Below the pieces are notes generated by a model. That model saw only the letters and a list, made by a program, of their open reading frames with translations. It did no database searches and was not told the DNA's origin. The position numbers were made by a program, and so were the translations under genes. 64,000 nucleotides of DNA from Alphaproteobacteria bacterium (GTDB lineage: Bacteria > Pseudomonadota > Alphaproteobacteria > JAIXQD01), in contig OZ251993.1 of the NCBI GenBank assembly GCA_965246895.1, positions 718,436-782,435 of the forward strand. The letters are read 5' to 3'. Positions 1 through 9,043 of the stretch are shown here, piece after piece; the stretch's first letter is position 1, and every line of letters starts with the position of its first letter.

Positions 1-489
1 GTGCGGCGAGGGGACGGCTGGCGTGCGTCGTGGTTGCATATAGCATTCGGTTGGCAGGCGGTTACCCTTCTTAAGATTGCAGCGTGAGCAGGCGGCTACA
101 ACATTGCCCCAGCTGGTGCGCCCACCGCGGGAGCGCGGGATCACATGATCGAAGGTGAGCTGCGGGGTTGGCAGGCGCTGGCTGCAATATTGGCAGCTGA
201 AGCGGTCACGCAGGAACACATTGAAGCGCGTAAAAGCCGGGGCTTTTTGTGCGGTGACGAAATCCTTCAGCGCGATGACGGAGGGCAGCTGCAGCTCAAA
301 ATTCGGTGAATGAATCACATGCTCGTAAGTTGAAAGCACCGAGACCTTATCGCTGCAGACGGCCTTGACTGCATCCTGCCATGACCAAAGCGAGAGTGGG
401 TAATAAGAGAGTGGGCGAAAATCAGCGTTGAGCACCAGGGCAGGGCAGGCTTCCAGATGGGCTAGCTGGGCGGGCGCCTGCATCAACAT
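1..489 (-). CDS. HNH endonuclease (partial; C-terminus runs off the left edge of the window)
   Basis: Absent from the ORF track because there is no stop codon inside the window. The reverse strand is open from ATG at 489 (second ATG at 483) to base 1. It reads MLMQAPAQLAHLEACPALVLNADFRPLSYYPLSLWSWQDAV...FSCQYCSQRLPTPQLTFDHVIPRSRGGRTSWGNVVAACSRCNLKKGNRLP. The CxxC ... DHVIP-x-S-x-GG ... N ... CxxCN-x-KK pattern is the HNH/zinc-finger signature. Confidence 0.8.
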   Translation of the reverse strand, partial: MLMQAPAQLAHLEACPALVLNADFRPLSYYPLSLWSWQDAVKAVCSDKVSVLSTYEHVIHSPNFELQLPSVIALKDFVTAQKAPAFTRFNVFLRDRFSCQYCSQRLPTPQLTFDHVIPRSRGGRTSWGNVVAACSRCNLKKGNRLPTECYMQPRRTPAVPSPH

Positions 490-532
490 CACTGTTGGTT
501 CTGCATGGAGCTAAACATGCAGAAACTAAATC

Positions 533-2740
533 CTAATTTGGGGCAGCAGTCAACAATTGCAGGTACTGGTCAAGCATCGGCTGCACGTCGAGATGCGCTT
601 CGGCATAGGCGCGGCATTTGGCCCGCATTGATGCTAGCAATGCCGGATTAGCTGCCAGTTCGCGGATTTTTGCCTCGAACGCGTCAGTATCTGATGGATG
701 CAGCGTCCAGCCGGTTTCGCCGTTCATAATGGTTTCCGGCATAGCACCCGCGGTCGAGCCCAGTACCGGCGTGCCGCTCGCCAATGATTCCAGCATGGCA
801 TTCGGGCGGCCCTCGATAAAGGAGGGGATCAGCGTGAGATCGAGGTTGGCAAACAGCGCCGCGGTGTTATTGACGCGGCCCAGGTAGTGTAGATTTTTCG
901 CATGCGGCGCGAGATCGGTGATGAGATTTTGTTGCGGCCCAGTGCCAGCGACTAGGAACTGGATGTTTGTCAGATCGCCCAAGCGGATAATCATATTAAA
1001 CAGCAGCACGACATTCTTGGTTTCCGCCAAGCGTCCGCAGAAGCCGATAAGTAGCGGCGGGCCATCCGTGCATAATTCTTCGAAGCCGCGGCGGAAATTC
1101 GCATCGCGCTTACCGGGATGGAAGACATTGAGCCGAACGCCATTTGGCACGATCGCCACTTGCTTGTCAGGCACATCAGCGGCCAGCAGTTCACGCCGCC
1201 CGGCTTCGAACTCGACCACATAGCTATCGATGTAATCCAAATGCGCGCGGGAATAGGCGATGCCGCCGTCTTCTGGCACGAACAAACCATCGACGATGCG
1301 CAGATCAGGGAACTGCGCTTTAAGGTCTGCAGCCCAGCTGTACAATACGCCGACGGTATTGGCGAAGATCGCTTTCACGTTGCGCGTTTCGATCAGATAA
1401 GCGACGAAATCCTGCCAGCCCGCAGGGGGTAGCATTGTGCCGAGATTATAAACCTCCGGCGTGATGCTTGTGTAGGTCTTGTTATTGACGCTCATCAGCT
1501 CCGGATCGGTGCTGGTGCCGACGAAGATGATCCGCCAGCCCCGGCTTTGCGCATGGCGGGCGACTTGCTCTAGGATCATTTGCGCGCCGCCACCACTATT
1601 CAGCTCGCGCAGCATAAAGATCATCGTGCGCGTGCCGTGTGGAGTCGTAAACCGCCGACGCATATTGCCGAATGGATCGCGCCGCAGAGTATCGCGATAA
1701 TTGGCGATCACGCTGGCGCAATATTCGTTATCGAGCAGCTGCGGATTGGCCTTTAAAATGGATTTTCTGAGCAGCCGGTCTTTCAGCTCGCTCCGCGAGA
1801 GCATAGTGCCGGGGCGCACATTGTAGAGCATCAGCTCTTCCTGCACATGGTGGCCACGGACGCCGCGCAGGGCCAACTTGCACCAGAATTCCCAATCCTC
1901 GTAGCCAAGGCGCATGTAACGGCTATGCCCGCCCACCGCCAGGCAATCTTCTCGACGGTACAGCGTCGCTAGAATATTGAGGTTGATGTTGGCCATAATG
2001 GTCAGGTTGAAGGTATTGCCGGGCGAGCGCGTGGTCTTGGCATTGGTGTTGCGGCAAGCGGGCGAAGCGGCGCCGGGCTCGGCATGCAGTTCCAGCACAG
2101 CCACGCATTTTTCCAAATGGGTTGCCTCCAGCGTATCATCAGCATCAAGGCAGATGATGTAATAGCCTTTGGCAATCGCGATGCCGCCATTGCGCGCGCC
2201 AGGCAGGCCGGTGTTTTGCTGCTGCAACACGCGAATCTTTGTGTCGCGCTGGCTACGCTCGACATATTCGGCGATTTTTACCTGCGTGGCGGGATCGGGC
2301 GAGCCATCGTCGACGATGATAATCTCGTAATCCTGGAAGGTTTGCTGCAGCACGGAGTTGACTGCGCCATCTAAAAAATCACCATAGTTATAGCAGGGGA
2401 TAATAACTGAGACGAGTGGTGCGCCATCAGGCTGGATGCGCGGGGCTGCTAACTCGTGGATGGTGCCACTATCTGGGTGACGGATGGTTGTGGCCAAGGT
2501 ACGGGCTTGTCGAACAGCTTCGCCGATGCGGCCTTGTAGCGCCAATTTTAAAAGCTGCGGCACGTTAGAGAAAAGTCTAGTCCAGCGTGTAGATGGCTTT
2601 GCGAACGGCTGCGTTTCCCAATAAGGACGGATGTTATTTACGGGAACGGCAGCAAGCTCTGCGATATCCTCAGCATCCATCGGCAGAGCGTCGCGATAAA
2701 ACATCGCGCGAAGATAGACCGGAGGTTTCGATAGTTCCAT
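533..2740 (-). CDS. Bifunctional glycosyltransferase (N-terminal GT2 domain fused to C-terminal GT1/GT4 domain)
   Basis: Track ORF 533..2815. I trimmed the start to Met26 (MELSKPP), which has an AGGAGA Shine-Dalgarno upstream and avoids overlap with the upstream gene. The GT2 signature is VSVIIPCYNYGDFLDGAVNSVLQQTFQDYEIIIVDDGSPD plus a DAD motif. The GT4 C-terminal signature is GRLAETKNV...PSFIEGRPNAMLESLASGTPVLGS. Confidence 0.8.
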   Translation of the reverse strand: MELSKPPVYLRAMFYRDALPMDAEDIAELAAVPVNNIRPYWETQPFAKPSTRWTRLFSNVPQLLKLALQGRIGEAVRQARTLATTIRHPDSGTIHELAAPRIQPDGAPLVSVIIPCYNYGDFLDGAVNSVLQQTFQDYEIIIVDDGSPDPATQVKIAEYVERSQRDTKIRVLQQQNTGLPGARNGGIAIAKGYYIICLDADDTLEATHLEKCVAVLELHAEPGAASPACRNTNAKTTRSPGNTFNLTIMANINLNILATLYRREDCLAVGGHSRYMRLGYEDWEFWCKLALRGVRGHHVQEELMLYNVRPGTMLSRSELKDRLLRKSILKANPQLLDNEYCASVIANYRDTLRRDPFGNMRRRFTTPHGTRTMIFMLRELNSGGGAQMILEQVARHAQSRGWRIIFVGTSTDPELMSVNNKTYTSITPEVYNLGTMLPPAGWQDFVAYLIETRNVKAIFANTVGVLYSWAADLKAQFPDLRIVDGLFVPEDGGIAYSRAHLDYIDSYVVEFEAGRRELLAADVPDKQVAIVPNGVRLNVFHPGKRDANFRRGFEELCTDGPPLLIGFCGRLAETKNVVLLFNMIIRLGDLTNIQFLVAGTGPQQNLITDLAPHAKNLHYLGRVNNTAALFANLDLTLIPSFIEGRPNAMLESLASGTPVLGSTAGAMPETIMNGETGWTLHPSDTDAFEAKIRELAANPALLASMRAKCRAYAEAHLDVQPMLDQYLQLLTAAPN

Positions 2741-2750
2741 CAATGCTCTC

Positions 2751-3434
2751 CTATAACCCCAGCGTCTTAGCCAAGAAGCGCCCGGCTTCAGCAATACCCT
2801 GGCTATCGATTCCATGGCCCAGTTGTGGGCGGGCCACGCTAGTGACTTTCAAGCCAGCGCTGCGCAATTGCGCTTCGGCGATATTCATGGCGGCGAATGG
2901 CACCACCATATCCATCATGCCGTGGATCAAAAGAATGGGCGGTCGGACGAGATTTGCCGCCGTCAGCGATTGCGGCGCCAGCAACGCGCCGGAGAAGCCG
3001 ACGATGGCGGCGGGCGCTTCTGGCAAACGCAGGCCCAAATGCAGCGCGAGCATCGTGCCTTGCGAGAAGCCGACGAGAGCGACCCGGCTCCATGGAATAT
3101 TCAGCTTCATGCGTTCGGCATCGAGCCAGGCGCCCATCGGCGCGCGTAGGGCTTCGGCCCCGCTTTCGCGCAAGGCGAGGTTAAGACCGGCGGCACTAAA
3201 GCCCGCTTCCATCGCGGCTTGCAGGCTCCACCACTGACAGCCGGATGGGTTCATTTCGCAAGGGGTCGGGGCGTCTGGTGCTAGAAACAGGGTCTGCGGT
3301 AGGGCAACCTGCCATTCACGCCCAAGATTGATGAGATCTTCCCCATCCGCGCCATAGCCATGGAGCAATACAACCAGACTGGTGGGCGGTGTGGATACAG
3401 GTTCAAGCCGATGTGTTTTTTTAGGAGATGCCAT
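2751..3434 (-). CDS. Alpha/beta hydrolase, phospholipase/carboxylesterase family
   Basis: 227 aa. Contains LVVLLHGYGADGEDL and the nucleophile elbow VGFSQGTMLA, followed by LLIHG..D and a GH near the C-terminus. This is the layout of the PF02230-type esterase family. Confidence 0.8.
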   Translation of the reverse strand: MASPKKTHRLEPVSTPPTSLVVLLHGYGADGEDLINLGREWQVALPQTLFLAPDAPTPCEMNPSGCQWWSLQAAMEAGFSAAGLNLALRESGAEALRAPMGAWLDAERMKLNIPWSRVALVGFSQGTMLALHLGLRLPEAPAAIVGFSGALLAPQSLTAANLVRPPILLIHGMMDMVVPFAAMNIAEAQLRSAGLKVTSVARPQLGHGIDSQGIAEAGRFLAKTLGL

Positions 3435-3481
3435 AAGAGAGAGTGTAGGCGGGGCTGCGCACCTCCGCTAGACTGTGATCC

Positions 3482-3943
3482 ATGGCATTCGATTTTCTAG
3501 GCAAGATGGGGCAGACGCGTAGAGATGCGCAGGCCGCCCGCGAATCGATCAAGCGTCAGATGGATTACGAGGCAGACCAGCGCGCTCGCCGCAGCGCCGA
3601 TGAAGCCGCGCGCGTCGCCTCGATCCGCGTGCTGACGGGCGACCTTAAGCACCGCTATGCGATTATCGAGCCGTTGCAGGGCTTCGGTTACTATTCGGCT
3701 GAGCATGGCCGCACATATGACCCGACCGAGGCGACGCGCCGGGCGATTCACAGCTTGCAGCGACAAGCGTTTGCGGTAGGTGCAGATGCCGTGATCCATG
3801 CGCAATTCGAAATCGTGCGATATTTAGAACAACGCGGCGGATTCGGGCGCGGTGGCGGCAATGTGTTGCCGGCTTATGAAACCCATGCGTTCGGCACGGC
3901 GGTTAAGATCGTTGGACCACCCAAAGATTGGGCGGACGAATAG
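3482..3943 (+). CDS. YbjQ/UPF0145-like (putative heavy-metal-binding) domain protein
   Basis: 153 aa. The C-terminal half, AIHSLQRQAFAVGADAVIHAQFEIV....HAFGTAVKIV, resembles the YbjQ family pattern (A..lGAdAV....f........GTAVk). The N-terminal 50 aa are charged and helical. Confidence 0.55.
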   Translation: MAFDFLGKMGQTRRDAQAARESIKRQMDYEADQRARRSADEAARVASIRVLTGDLKHRYAIIEPLQGFGYYSAEHGRTYDPTEATRRAIHSLQRQAFAVGADAVIHAQFEIVRYLEQRGGFGRGGGNVLPAYETHAFGTAVKIVGPPKDWADE

Positions 3944-4334
3944 CCTGGCACAATAAATCGGCGTGCCCTACAGCATTTTCAACGGCGCGCTGGATTCGTA
4001 TTAAAATTACATATGGGTATTACGCAGACAATTTAATGCCACTCAGAAAAATGCGTGTTTGCTTGGAATTCTGAAAAACACTCTGCAGCGGATTGAAATA
4101 TTCTGGCGATGTGAATTAGCGATGAAGAATAATATTGAATCGGCGTCATGCTTATGCCTAAGCTTTTTCTGTCGGCGCATAAGACTTTGTTCCTCTTAGG
4201 ATGACAGATCACCCTCGGGCCTGTTTCAGGTATGTGCCAGCATCGCCGGGGCTTGCTATCGCTGGATATGGCAAGCCCCGGTATCTGCGCCTTCATGATT
4301 TCATGGGGCGTGCGTTTAGAGAGGAGGCCGTTTT

Positions 4335-4820
4335 ATGACCAACACCCTCAACCAAACCCCCACTACAGAGACGATTTTGCCGACGGCGGTGCTTTCCGCC
4401 GGCGCCCCAGGCTCGACGACCTGTCTTCGCGAAACAGTGGATGGCACGCGAACCCTATGCCTAACGCCGATGCGGAACGAGGCGCGACTGGGTGAGCCGG
4501 TTTCTGCCGATCCTTTTTTAGGCCAAGTATTAGCGCCGTTGGTGGCTCGCTTCGCCGCGCTTGTTTTTAATGAGCATGACGCGATGATCGAGCCGCTGCT
4601 GCAGCAATTGCGCTGGATGGCGTATGAGCATGGCATCGACCATGTGGTGCTGCCGCTTTGGCCAGAAGCGCAATTGGCGCAACGATTGACAGCCATTGCC
4701 ATCGATCTTGGCATGCCCGCAAACTTTATACTGACGCAGGATGAAGCCAGTTGGCCGGGCGGCGCTGCGTTTAGCGGCGGTGAGATCGGTGACTATGAGA
4801 TTGGGGCGTTATACGCCTGA
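4335..4820 (+). CDS. Hypothetical protein
   Basis: 161-aa ORF preceded by GAGAGGAGG 6-8 nt upstream of the ATG and followed by a strong intrinsic terminator. I recognise no motif. Confidence 0.55.
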   Translation: MTNTLNQTPTTETILPTAVLSAGAPGSTTCLRETVDGTRTLCLTPMRNEARLGEPVSADPFLGQVLAPLVARFAALVFNEHDAMIEPLLQQLRWMAYEHGIDHVVLPLWPEAQLAQRLTAIAIDLGMPANFILTQDEASWPGGAAFSGGEIGDYEIGALYA

Positions 4821-4824
4821 TACT

Positions 4825-4853
4825 AAAAAGCCCGGCATTGCCGGGCTTTTTTT
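4825..4853. terminator. Bidirectional rho-independent terminator shared by ORF 4335..4820 and sdhB
   Basis: aaaaa-GCCCGGC-att-GCCGGGC-ttttttt. A perfect 7-bp GC stem is flanked by an A-run and a T-run. The T-run overlaps the sdhB stop codon. Confidence 0.85.
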
Positions 4854-5637
4854 ACACCTGCCTTGAAACTAGCAGTTGTTTAATCGAGCCAATGGCCTGG
4901 GCCGGATTCAGGCCCTTAGGGCAAGTCTTGGTGCAATTCATGATCGTATGGCATCGGTAAAGCCGGAACGGATCTTCCAGATGGTCGAGGCGTTCGCCCA
5001 AATGCTCGTCGCGGCTATCGGCGATCCAGCGATAGGCCTGCAGCAGCACGGCCGGGCCTAAATAGCGGTCGCCATTCCACCAATAGCTAGGGCAAGAAGT
5101 GGAGCAGCAGAAGCACAGGATGCATTCGTAGAGCCCGTCGAGCCGCGCGCGATCTTCCTCGCTCTGCAGGCGTTCGCGTTCTGGCGCAGGTGTATCGGCT
5201 TTCAGCCAAGGCTCGATCTGGCGGTATTGCGCATAGATATGATTGCAATCTGGCACCAGGTCTTTCACGACCGGCAGATGCGGCAGCGGGTAGATCTTGA
5301 TGTCATCGCTTTTGATCGCTGACATGTCGCACAGGCAAGCAAGAGTATTGGTACCGTCGATATTCATGGCGCAGCTGCCGCAAATGCCTTCACGGCAGGA
5401 GCGGCGGAAGGTTAGCGTTTGATCCATGTCGTTTTTCATGTGGATCAGCGCGTCGAGCACCATGGGCCCGCATTTATCGAGATCGACCTCATAGGTATCG
5501 AGCTGAGGGTTCTTCGCATCGTCCGGCGACCAGCGGTAAACCTTAAAGTTGCGGCGGCGCTTGGTGGCGCTGCTCACTTCGCTATGCGTCGCGCCGGGTT
5601 GAACCTTGGAATTTGCGGGAAGGGTAAATTCAGCCAT
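4852..5637 (-). CDS. sdhB: Succinate dehydrogenase iron-sulfur subunit
   Basis: Track ORF 4852..5736, trimmed to Met34 ([11 protein letters not shown]). Three Fe-S cluster motifs are present: [27 protein letters not shown] and [15 protein letters not shown]. Confidence 0.95.
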   Translation of the reverse strand: MAEFTLPANSKVQPGATHSEVSSATKRRRNFKVYRWSPDDAKNPQLDTYEVDLDKCGPMVLDALIHMKNDMDQTLTFRRSCREGICGSCAMNIDGTNTLACLCDMSAIKSDDIKIYPLPHLPVVKDLVPDCNHIYAQYRQIEPWLKADTPAPERERLQSEEDRARLDGLYECILCFCCSTSCPSYWWNGDRYLGPAVLLQAYRWIADSRDEHLGERLDHLEDPFRLYRCHTIMNCTKTCPKGLNPAQAIGSIKQLLVSRQV

Positions 5638-5974
5638 TGAAAGGGTACCATGGGTAAGATTTAGGGTTAGTTGACAGCAGCTTGCCACGCACGGGATGAT
5701 CTTGTTGCACAACAGCAATCGCAGCCTGCAACACAACAGCTTGATAAACTTCTAATGTTGCATCGCGCAAAGCTTGATAATATCCGACTTTTAGCAGCTT
5801 TTCACCAGTATGAACGCCTCGCGACGTGCCGGCGCGAATTAAAACAAACTCCATCAGAACGCGTTCGCGCAAGTCATCTAAACTAAACATTGCAAGGATC
5901 GCCTGCTGCAGTCGGTGCGGTTTTGACAAAACCGCCTGTTCTGGTGCGTTTGTAGGGAGGATGATTTCAGCCAT
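5630..5974 (-). CDS. Hypothetical 114-aa protein, second gene of a cassette inserted between sdhA and sdhB
   Basis: [46 protein letters not shown]... Its ATG follows the upstream stop by 1 nt (TAAcATG). Its stop overlaps the sdhB start (ATGGCTGA). Visibly AT-richer than sdhA and sdhB. No recognised domain. Confidence 0.5.
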   Translation of the reverse strand: MAEIILPTNAPEQAVLSKPHRLQQAILAMFSLDDLRERVLMEFVLIRAGTSRGVHTGEKLLKVGYYQALRDATLEVYQAVVLQAAIAVVQQDHPVRGKLLSTNPKSYPWYPFNG

Positions 5975-5975
5975 G

Positions 5976-6284
5976 TTACCTTAAGATGGAAATATCAAAG
6001 GGTTTTGGATTGGACCGAACGCAAATGGCGCAATAACGATGCGGCGGCGTAGCATCGAAACGTTTTTGAATTTGCTCAGCCCAAAAATCCAATAAGCTAG
6101 CTGTAGCTTCGCCATAGATAGCCGTGACGATCAATTGAGCAGCCTTCGGCACGTTGCGCGCTTTTACGTAGCTAATATTTCCAGTGCTTTCATCTATTGA
6201 AAAATCAAGCCCAGGCACGGCCGTTTCTTTATTTAACATGAAATGCTGCAATAGTTCGCCATGAGTGAGCATAGTGCTTCTCAT
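5976..6284 (-). CDS. Hypothetical 102-aa protein, first gene of a cassette inserted between sdhA and sdhB
   Basis: The track ORF 5976..6287 begins at a TTG. The first ATG (6284) overlaps the sdhA TGA stop in a TGATG arrangement. Sequence: [76 protein letters not shown]... AT-rich. No recognised domain. Confidence 0.5.
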   Translation of the reverse strand: MRSTMLTHGELLQHFMLNKETAVPGLDFSIDESTGNISYVKARNVPKAAQLIVTAIYGEATASLLDFWAEQIQKRFDATPPHRYCAICVRSNPKPFDISILR

Positions 6285-8086
6285 CAATATATCCGCTTCT
6301 TAGGTGGGAAGACCTGTACATCGTCGGTCAGCGTATACATATGCACCGGACGATAATCGAGTGTGACTTTTCCATCGGGCGCAACGTAGCTGACCGTATG
6401 CTTCATCCAGTTTGTATCATCCCGGTCGGCAAAATCTTCGCGGGCATGCGCGCCGCGTGATTCCTGCCGGGTCGCTGCGCCTTCGATCGTCGCCATCGCC
6501 TGCAGCATCAGGTTTTCCAGCTCCAGCGTCTCGACCAAGTCGGAGTTCCAGATCAGCGAGCGGTCGGTGACCTTCAAATCTTTCTGTTTGGCGAAAGCGG
6601 CATGCATTTTGGTGACGCCATCTTGCAACGTCTCGCCCGTGCGGAAGACAGCGCAATCGTTCTGCATCACGCGTTGCATCTCGGCTCGCAGTTCGGCAGT
6701 GCGCAGGCTGCCGTTGGCATTGCGCATTCTGTCGAAATGGGTGAGGGCCTTGTCGAGATGATCGGGCTTGAGCGTCTTCTGCTTGGCGCCCGGCGTGATG
6801 ATCTCGGCGCAGCGATTAGCCGCCGCCCGCCCGAAGACGACGAGATCGAGCAGCGAGTTGGAGCCTAACCGGTTCGCGCCATGAACGGAAACGCAGGCGG
6901 CCTCGCCAATCGCCATCAGGCCGGGCACCACGGCGTCTGGATTGCCATCGCGCGGCATCACGACTTCGCAGTGAACATTGGTAGGGATGCCGCCCATATT
7001 ATAATGCACGGTCGGCAGCACGGGGATCGGTGCTTTATTGACGTCGACCCCGGCGAAAATACGCGCGGTCTCGGCAATTCCGGGCAGGCGCTCATGAATG
7101 ACGGCCGGATCGAGGTGCTCGAGGTGCAGATGGATGTGATCCTTGTTCGGCCCACAACCGCGGCCTTCGCGGATTTCGATCGTCATTGAACGGCTGACGA
7201 CATCGCGGCTAGCCAGGTCTTTGGCGCTAGGCGCATAGCGCTCCATAAAGCGCTCGCCATTGCTGTTGGTCAGATAGCCGCCTTCGCCGCGCGCGCCTTC
7301 AGTGATGAGGCAGCCCGCGCCATAAACGCCGGTCGGGTGGAATTGCACGAATTCCATATCCTGCAGCGGCAGGCCGGCGCGCAAGACCATACCGCCACCG
7401 TCGCCAGTTGAAGTATGGGCAGACGTGCAAGAGAAATAGGTGCGACCATAGCCGCCGGTAGCCAGCACGGTCTGCTGCCCGCGGAAGCGGTGCAGGGTGC
7501 CGTCATCGAGGTTCCAGGCCAAAACGCCGCGGCAGACCGGCACGCCGTCTTCCTCTTCCATAATGAGGTCGAGCGCAAAATATTCAACGAAGAACTCGGC
7601 GTTAAACTTCAGCGCTTGCTGATAAAGCGTGTGCAGAATGGCATGGCCGGTGCGATCGGCAGCAGCGCAGGTGCGATAGGCGGTGCCTTCGCCGTAATTG
7701 GTCGTCATGCCGCCAAAGGCGCGCTGGTAAATCTTGCCCTCGGGCGTGCGGCTGAAGGGCACACCAAAATGCTCAAGCTCGATGATCGCGGGGATCGCCT
7801 CGCGCACCATATATTCGATGGCATCCTGGTCGCCGAGCCAATCCGACCCCTTGATGGTGTCGTACATGTGGAAGCGCCAATCGTCGTTGCCCATATTGCC
7901 GAGCGCGGCGGAAATGCCGCCCTGCGCTGCAACCGTATGGCTGCGCGTTGGGAAGACCTTGGTGATACAGGCTGTCTTTAAGCCCTTTTGCGCCATACCC
8001 ATAGTCGCGCGCAAACCCGCGCCGCCGGCACCGACGACGACGACGTCATATTCATGGTCGATAATCTGATAATCTGAAATGGCCAT
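6284..8086 (-). CDS. sdhA: Succinate dehydrogenase flavoprotein subunit
   Basis: Track ORF 6284..8194, trimmed to Met37 ([24 protein letters not shown]), which lies 2 nt after the sdhD stop. Shows the FAD-binding GxGxxG, the covalent-FAD His context [13 protein letters not shown], and HPTG and RLGSNSLLD motifs. Confidence 0.95.
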   Translation of the reverse strand: MAISDYQIIDHEYDVVVVGAGGAGLRATMGMAQKGLKTACITKVFPTRSHTVAAQGGISAALGNMGNDDWRFHMYDTIKGSDWLGDQDAIEYMVREAIPAIIELEHFGVPFSRTPEGKIYQRAFGGMTTNYGEGTAYRTCAAADRTGHAILHTLYQQALKFNAEFFVEYFALDLIMEEEDGVPVCRGVLAWNLDDGTLHRFRGQQTVLATGGYGRTYFSCTSAHTSTGDGGGMVLRAGLPLQDMEFVQFHPTGVYGAGCLITEGARGEGGYLTNSNGERFMERYAPSAKDLASRDVVSRSMTIEIREGRGCGPNKDHIHLHLEHLDPAVIHERLPGIAETARIFAGVDVNKAPIPVLPTVHYNMGGIPTNVHCEVVMPRDGNPDAVVPGLMAIGEAACVSVHGANRLGSNSLLDLVVFGRAAANRCAEIITPGAKQKTLKPDHLDKALTHFDRMRNANGSLRTAELRAEMQRVMQNDCAVFRTGETLQDGVTKMHAAFAKQKDLKVTDRSLIWNSDLVETLELENLMLQAMATIEGAATRQESRGAHAREDFADRDDTNWMKHTVSYVAPDGKVTLDYRPVHMYTLTDDVQVFPPKKRIY

Positions 8087-8088
8087 GG

Positions 8089-8493
8089 CTATTGAATTCC
8101 AGCGGAAAATGACATGAGGAGTATCGCGTAAGTGCTTGCAATCGTGAGGAGAAAGCCCGCGAACTTGATCAGGATGATCGAGGGAATGCGCCAATTATGG
8201 CCCACATAATCTTCCAGCACGACCTGCAGGCCCAGTGCGCCATGGTAGGCGCTGATGCCGATGAAGAGGATCAGCGCGATCGCATTCCAAGGGTGCTGCA
8301 GCCAAGTGACGACCTCAACCTGTGTGGCATGTGTCAGACGCAGCACCGACCAGGTAAACCAAATAACCAGCGGAATAAGCGCCAGCGAAGAAAGCTTGGT
8401 CGCCCACCAATGCGAAGCCCCATGGTGCGCGCCGCCCCAGCCACGTGCGCGGGCCAGCGGCGTGCGGAACTTATCGTAGGATACGAGCTTCAT
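8089..8493 (-). CDS. sdhD: Succinate dehydrogenase membrane anchor subunit
   Basis: Track ORF 8089..8751, trimmed to Met87 ([20 protein letters not shown]). Its ATG overlaps the sdhC TGA (TGATG). The 134-aa protein has three hydrophobic helices, and its position in sdhCDAB fits sdhD. Confidence 0.85.
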   Translation of the reverse strand: MKLVSYDKFRTPLARARGWGGAHHGASHWWATKLSSLALIPLVIWFTWSVLRLTHATQVEVVTWLQHPWNAIALILFIGISAYHGALGLQVVLEDYVGHNWRIPSIILIKFAGFLLTIASTYAILLMSFSAGIQ

Positions 8494-8927
8494 CAGATCA
8501 CCCCATAAGCACAGAGCGCGATCAGCCCCGTCAGTGCGAAGCTGCCGATCACCACGGCCCAGCCGCTGCGCGTAAAGGCGGGGATCGAAAAGCCATAACC
8601 CGCATCCCAGAACAGATGCCGGATGCCCGCCAGCGTGTGATACATGAGCGCCCAGGCCCAGCCGAGCAGAACGGTCTGCCCAACGATCGAGCCGGCATAG
8701 GTGTGGAATTGCGCGTAACGGTCTGGCCCGCTGGCGGCGGCGATCACCCACCAGGCGACGATGAAGAGCCCGAAGCAGAGCGCAATCCCCGTCATCCGGT
8801 GGAAGATCGACAGGACGGAGCTAATCTGCGGCTTATAGATTTGCAGGTGTGGGGAAAGCGGGCGCGGCTTCTGTGTGGTGCTGCCGGGAAGCGGTTGCGC
8901 GGTATGGGCAAGGTCGGGCGTTGTCAT
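8493..8927 (-). CDS. sdhC: Succinate dehydrogenase cytochrome b556 subunit
   Basis: Track ORF 8493..8948. The likely start is Met8 (MTTPDLAH). Contains RPLSPHLQIYKPQISSVLSIFHRMTG, the typical SdhC N-terminal motif with the heme-ligand His, followed by three TM helices. Confidence 0.85.
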   Translation of the reverse strand: MTTPDLAHTAQPLPGSTTQKPRPLSPHLQIYKPQISSVLSIFHRMTGIALCFGLFIVAWWVIAAASGPDRYAQFHTYAGSIVGQTVLLGWAWALMYHTLAGIRHLFWDAGYGFSIPAFTRSGWAVVIGSFALTGLIALCAYGVI

Positions 8928-9043
8928 GTGGCGCAAATCTAGGCGCAAAGGGCGTGAATCGTCAATGCGACGTCACGAAAGGCCTTTAGTTAGCGGGTAG
9001 GAGTGCCTATATCTGCCACAGTTTTAAAATACAAAGGAATACC

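Noticed and set aside
1-489. HNH endonuclease considered as a homing or mobile-element marker.
   Set aside because: It is a small stand-alone HNH of the kind widely conserved as a single-copy gene. I saw no intron, intein, transposase or flanking repeats.
4033-4296. 87-aa reverse ORF in the long AT-rich spacer upstream of ORF 4335.
   Set aside because: It has no RBS and an odd composition, and it overlaps the hairpin region. It is more likely non-coding regulatory DNA.
8041-8160. When I read these two printed lines by hand, my base positions were offset by one relative to the ORF-track coordinates. This would imply paired frameshifts in sdhA and sdhD.
   Set aside because: The track translations are intact and canonical across the region ([11 protein letters not shown]; IKFAGFLL), so this is most likely my own counting or reading error. 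I used track arithmetic for all gene coordinates and make no frameshift claim.
8086-8948. N-terminal extensions in the track ORFs for sdhA (to 8194), sdhD (to 8751), sdhC (to 8948), and likewise sdhB, parC, mug, efp, yejE, yejA and bpt.
   Set aside because: The extensions overlap the upstream gene, start at alternative codons and have Arg/Gly-rich nonsense composition. Internal Met codons give canonical N-termini and sensible spacing or coupling.
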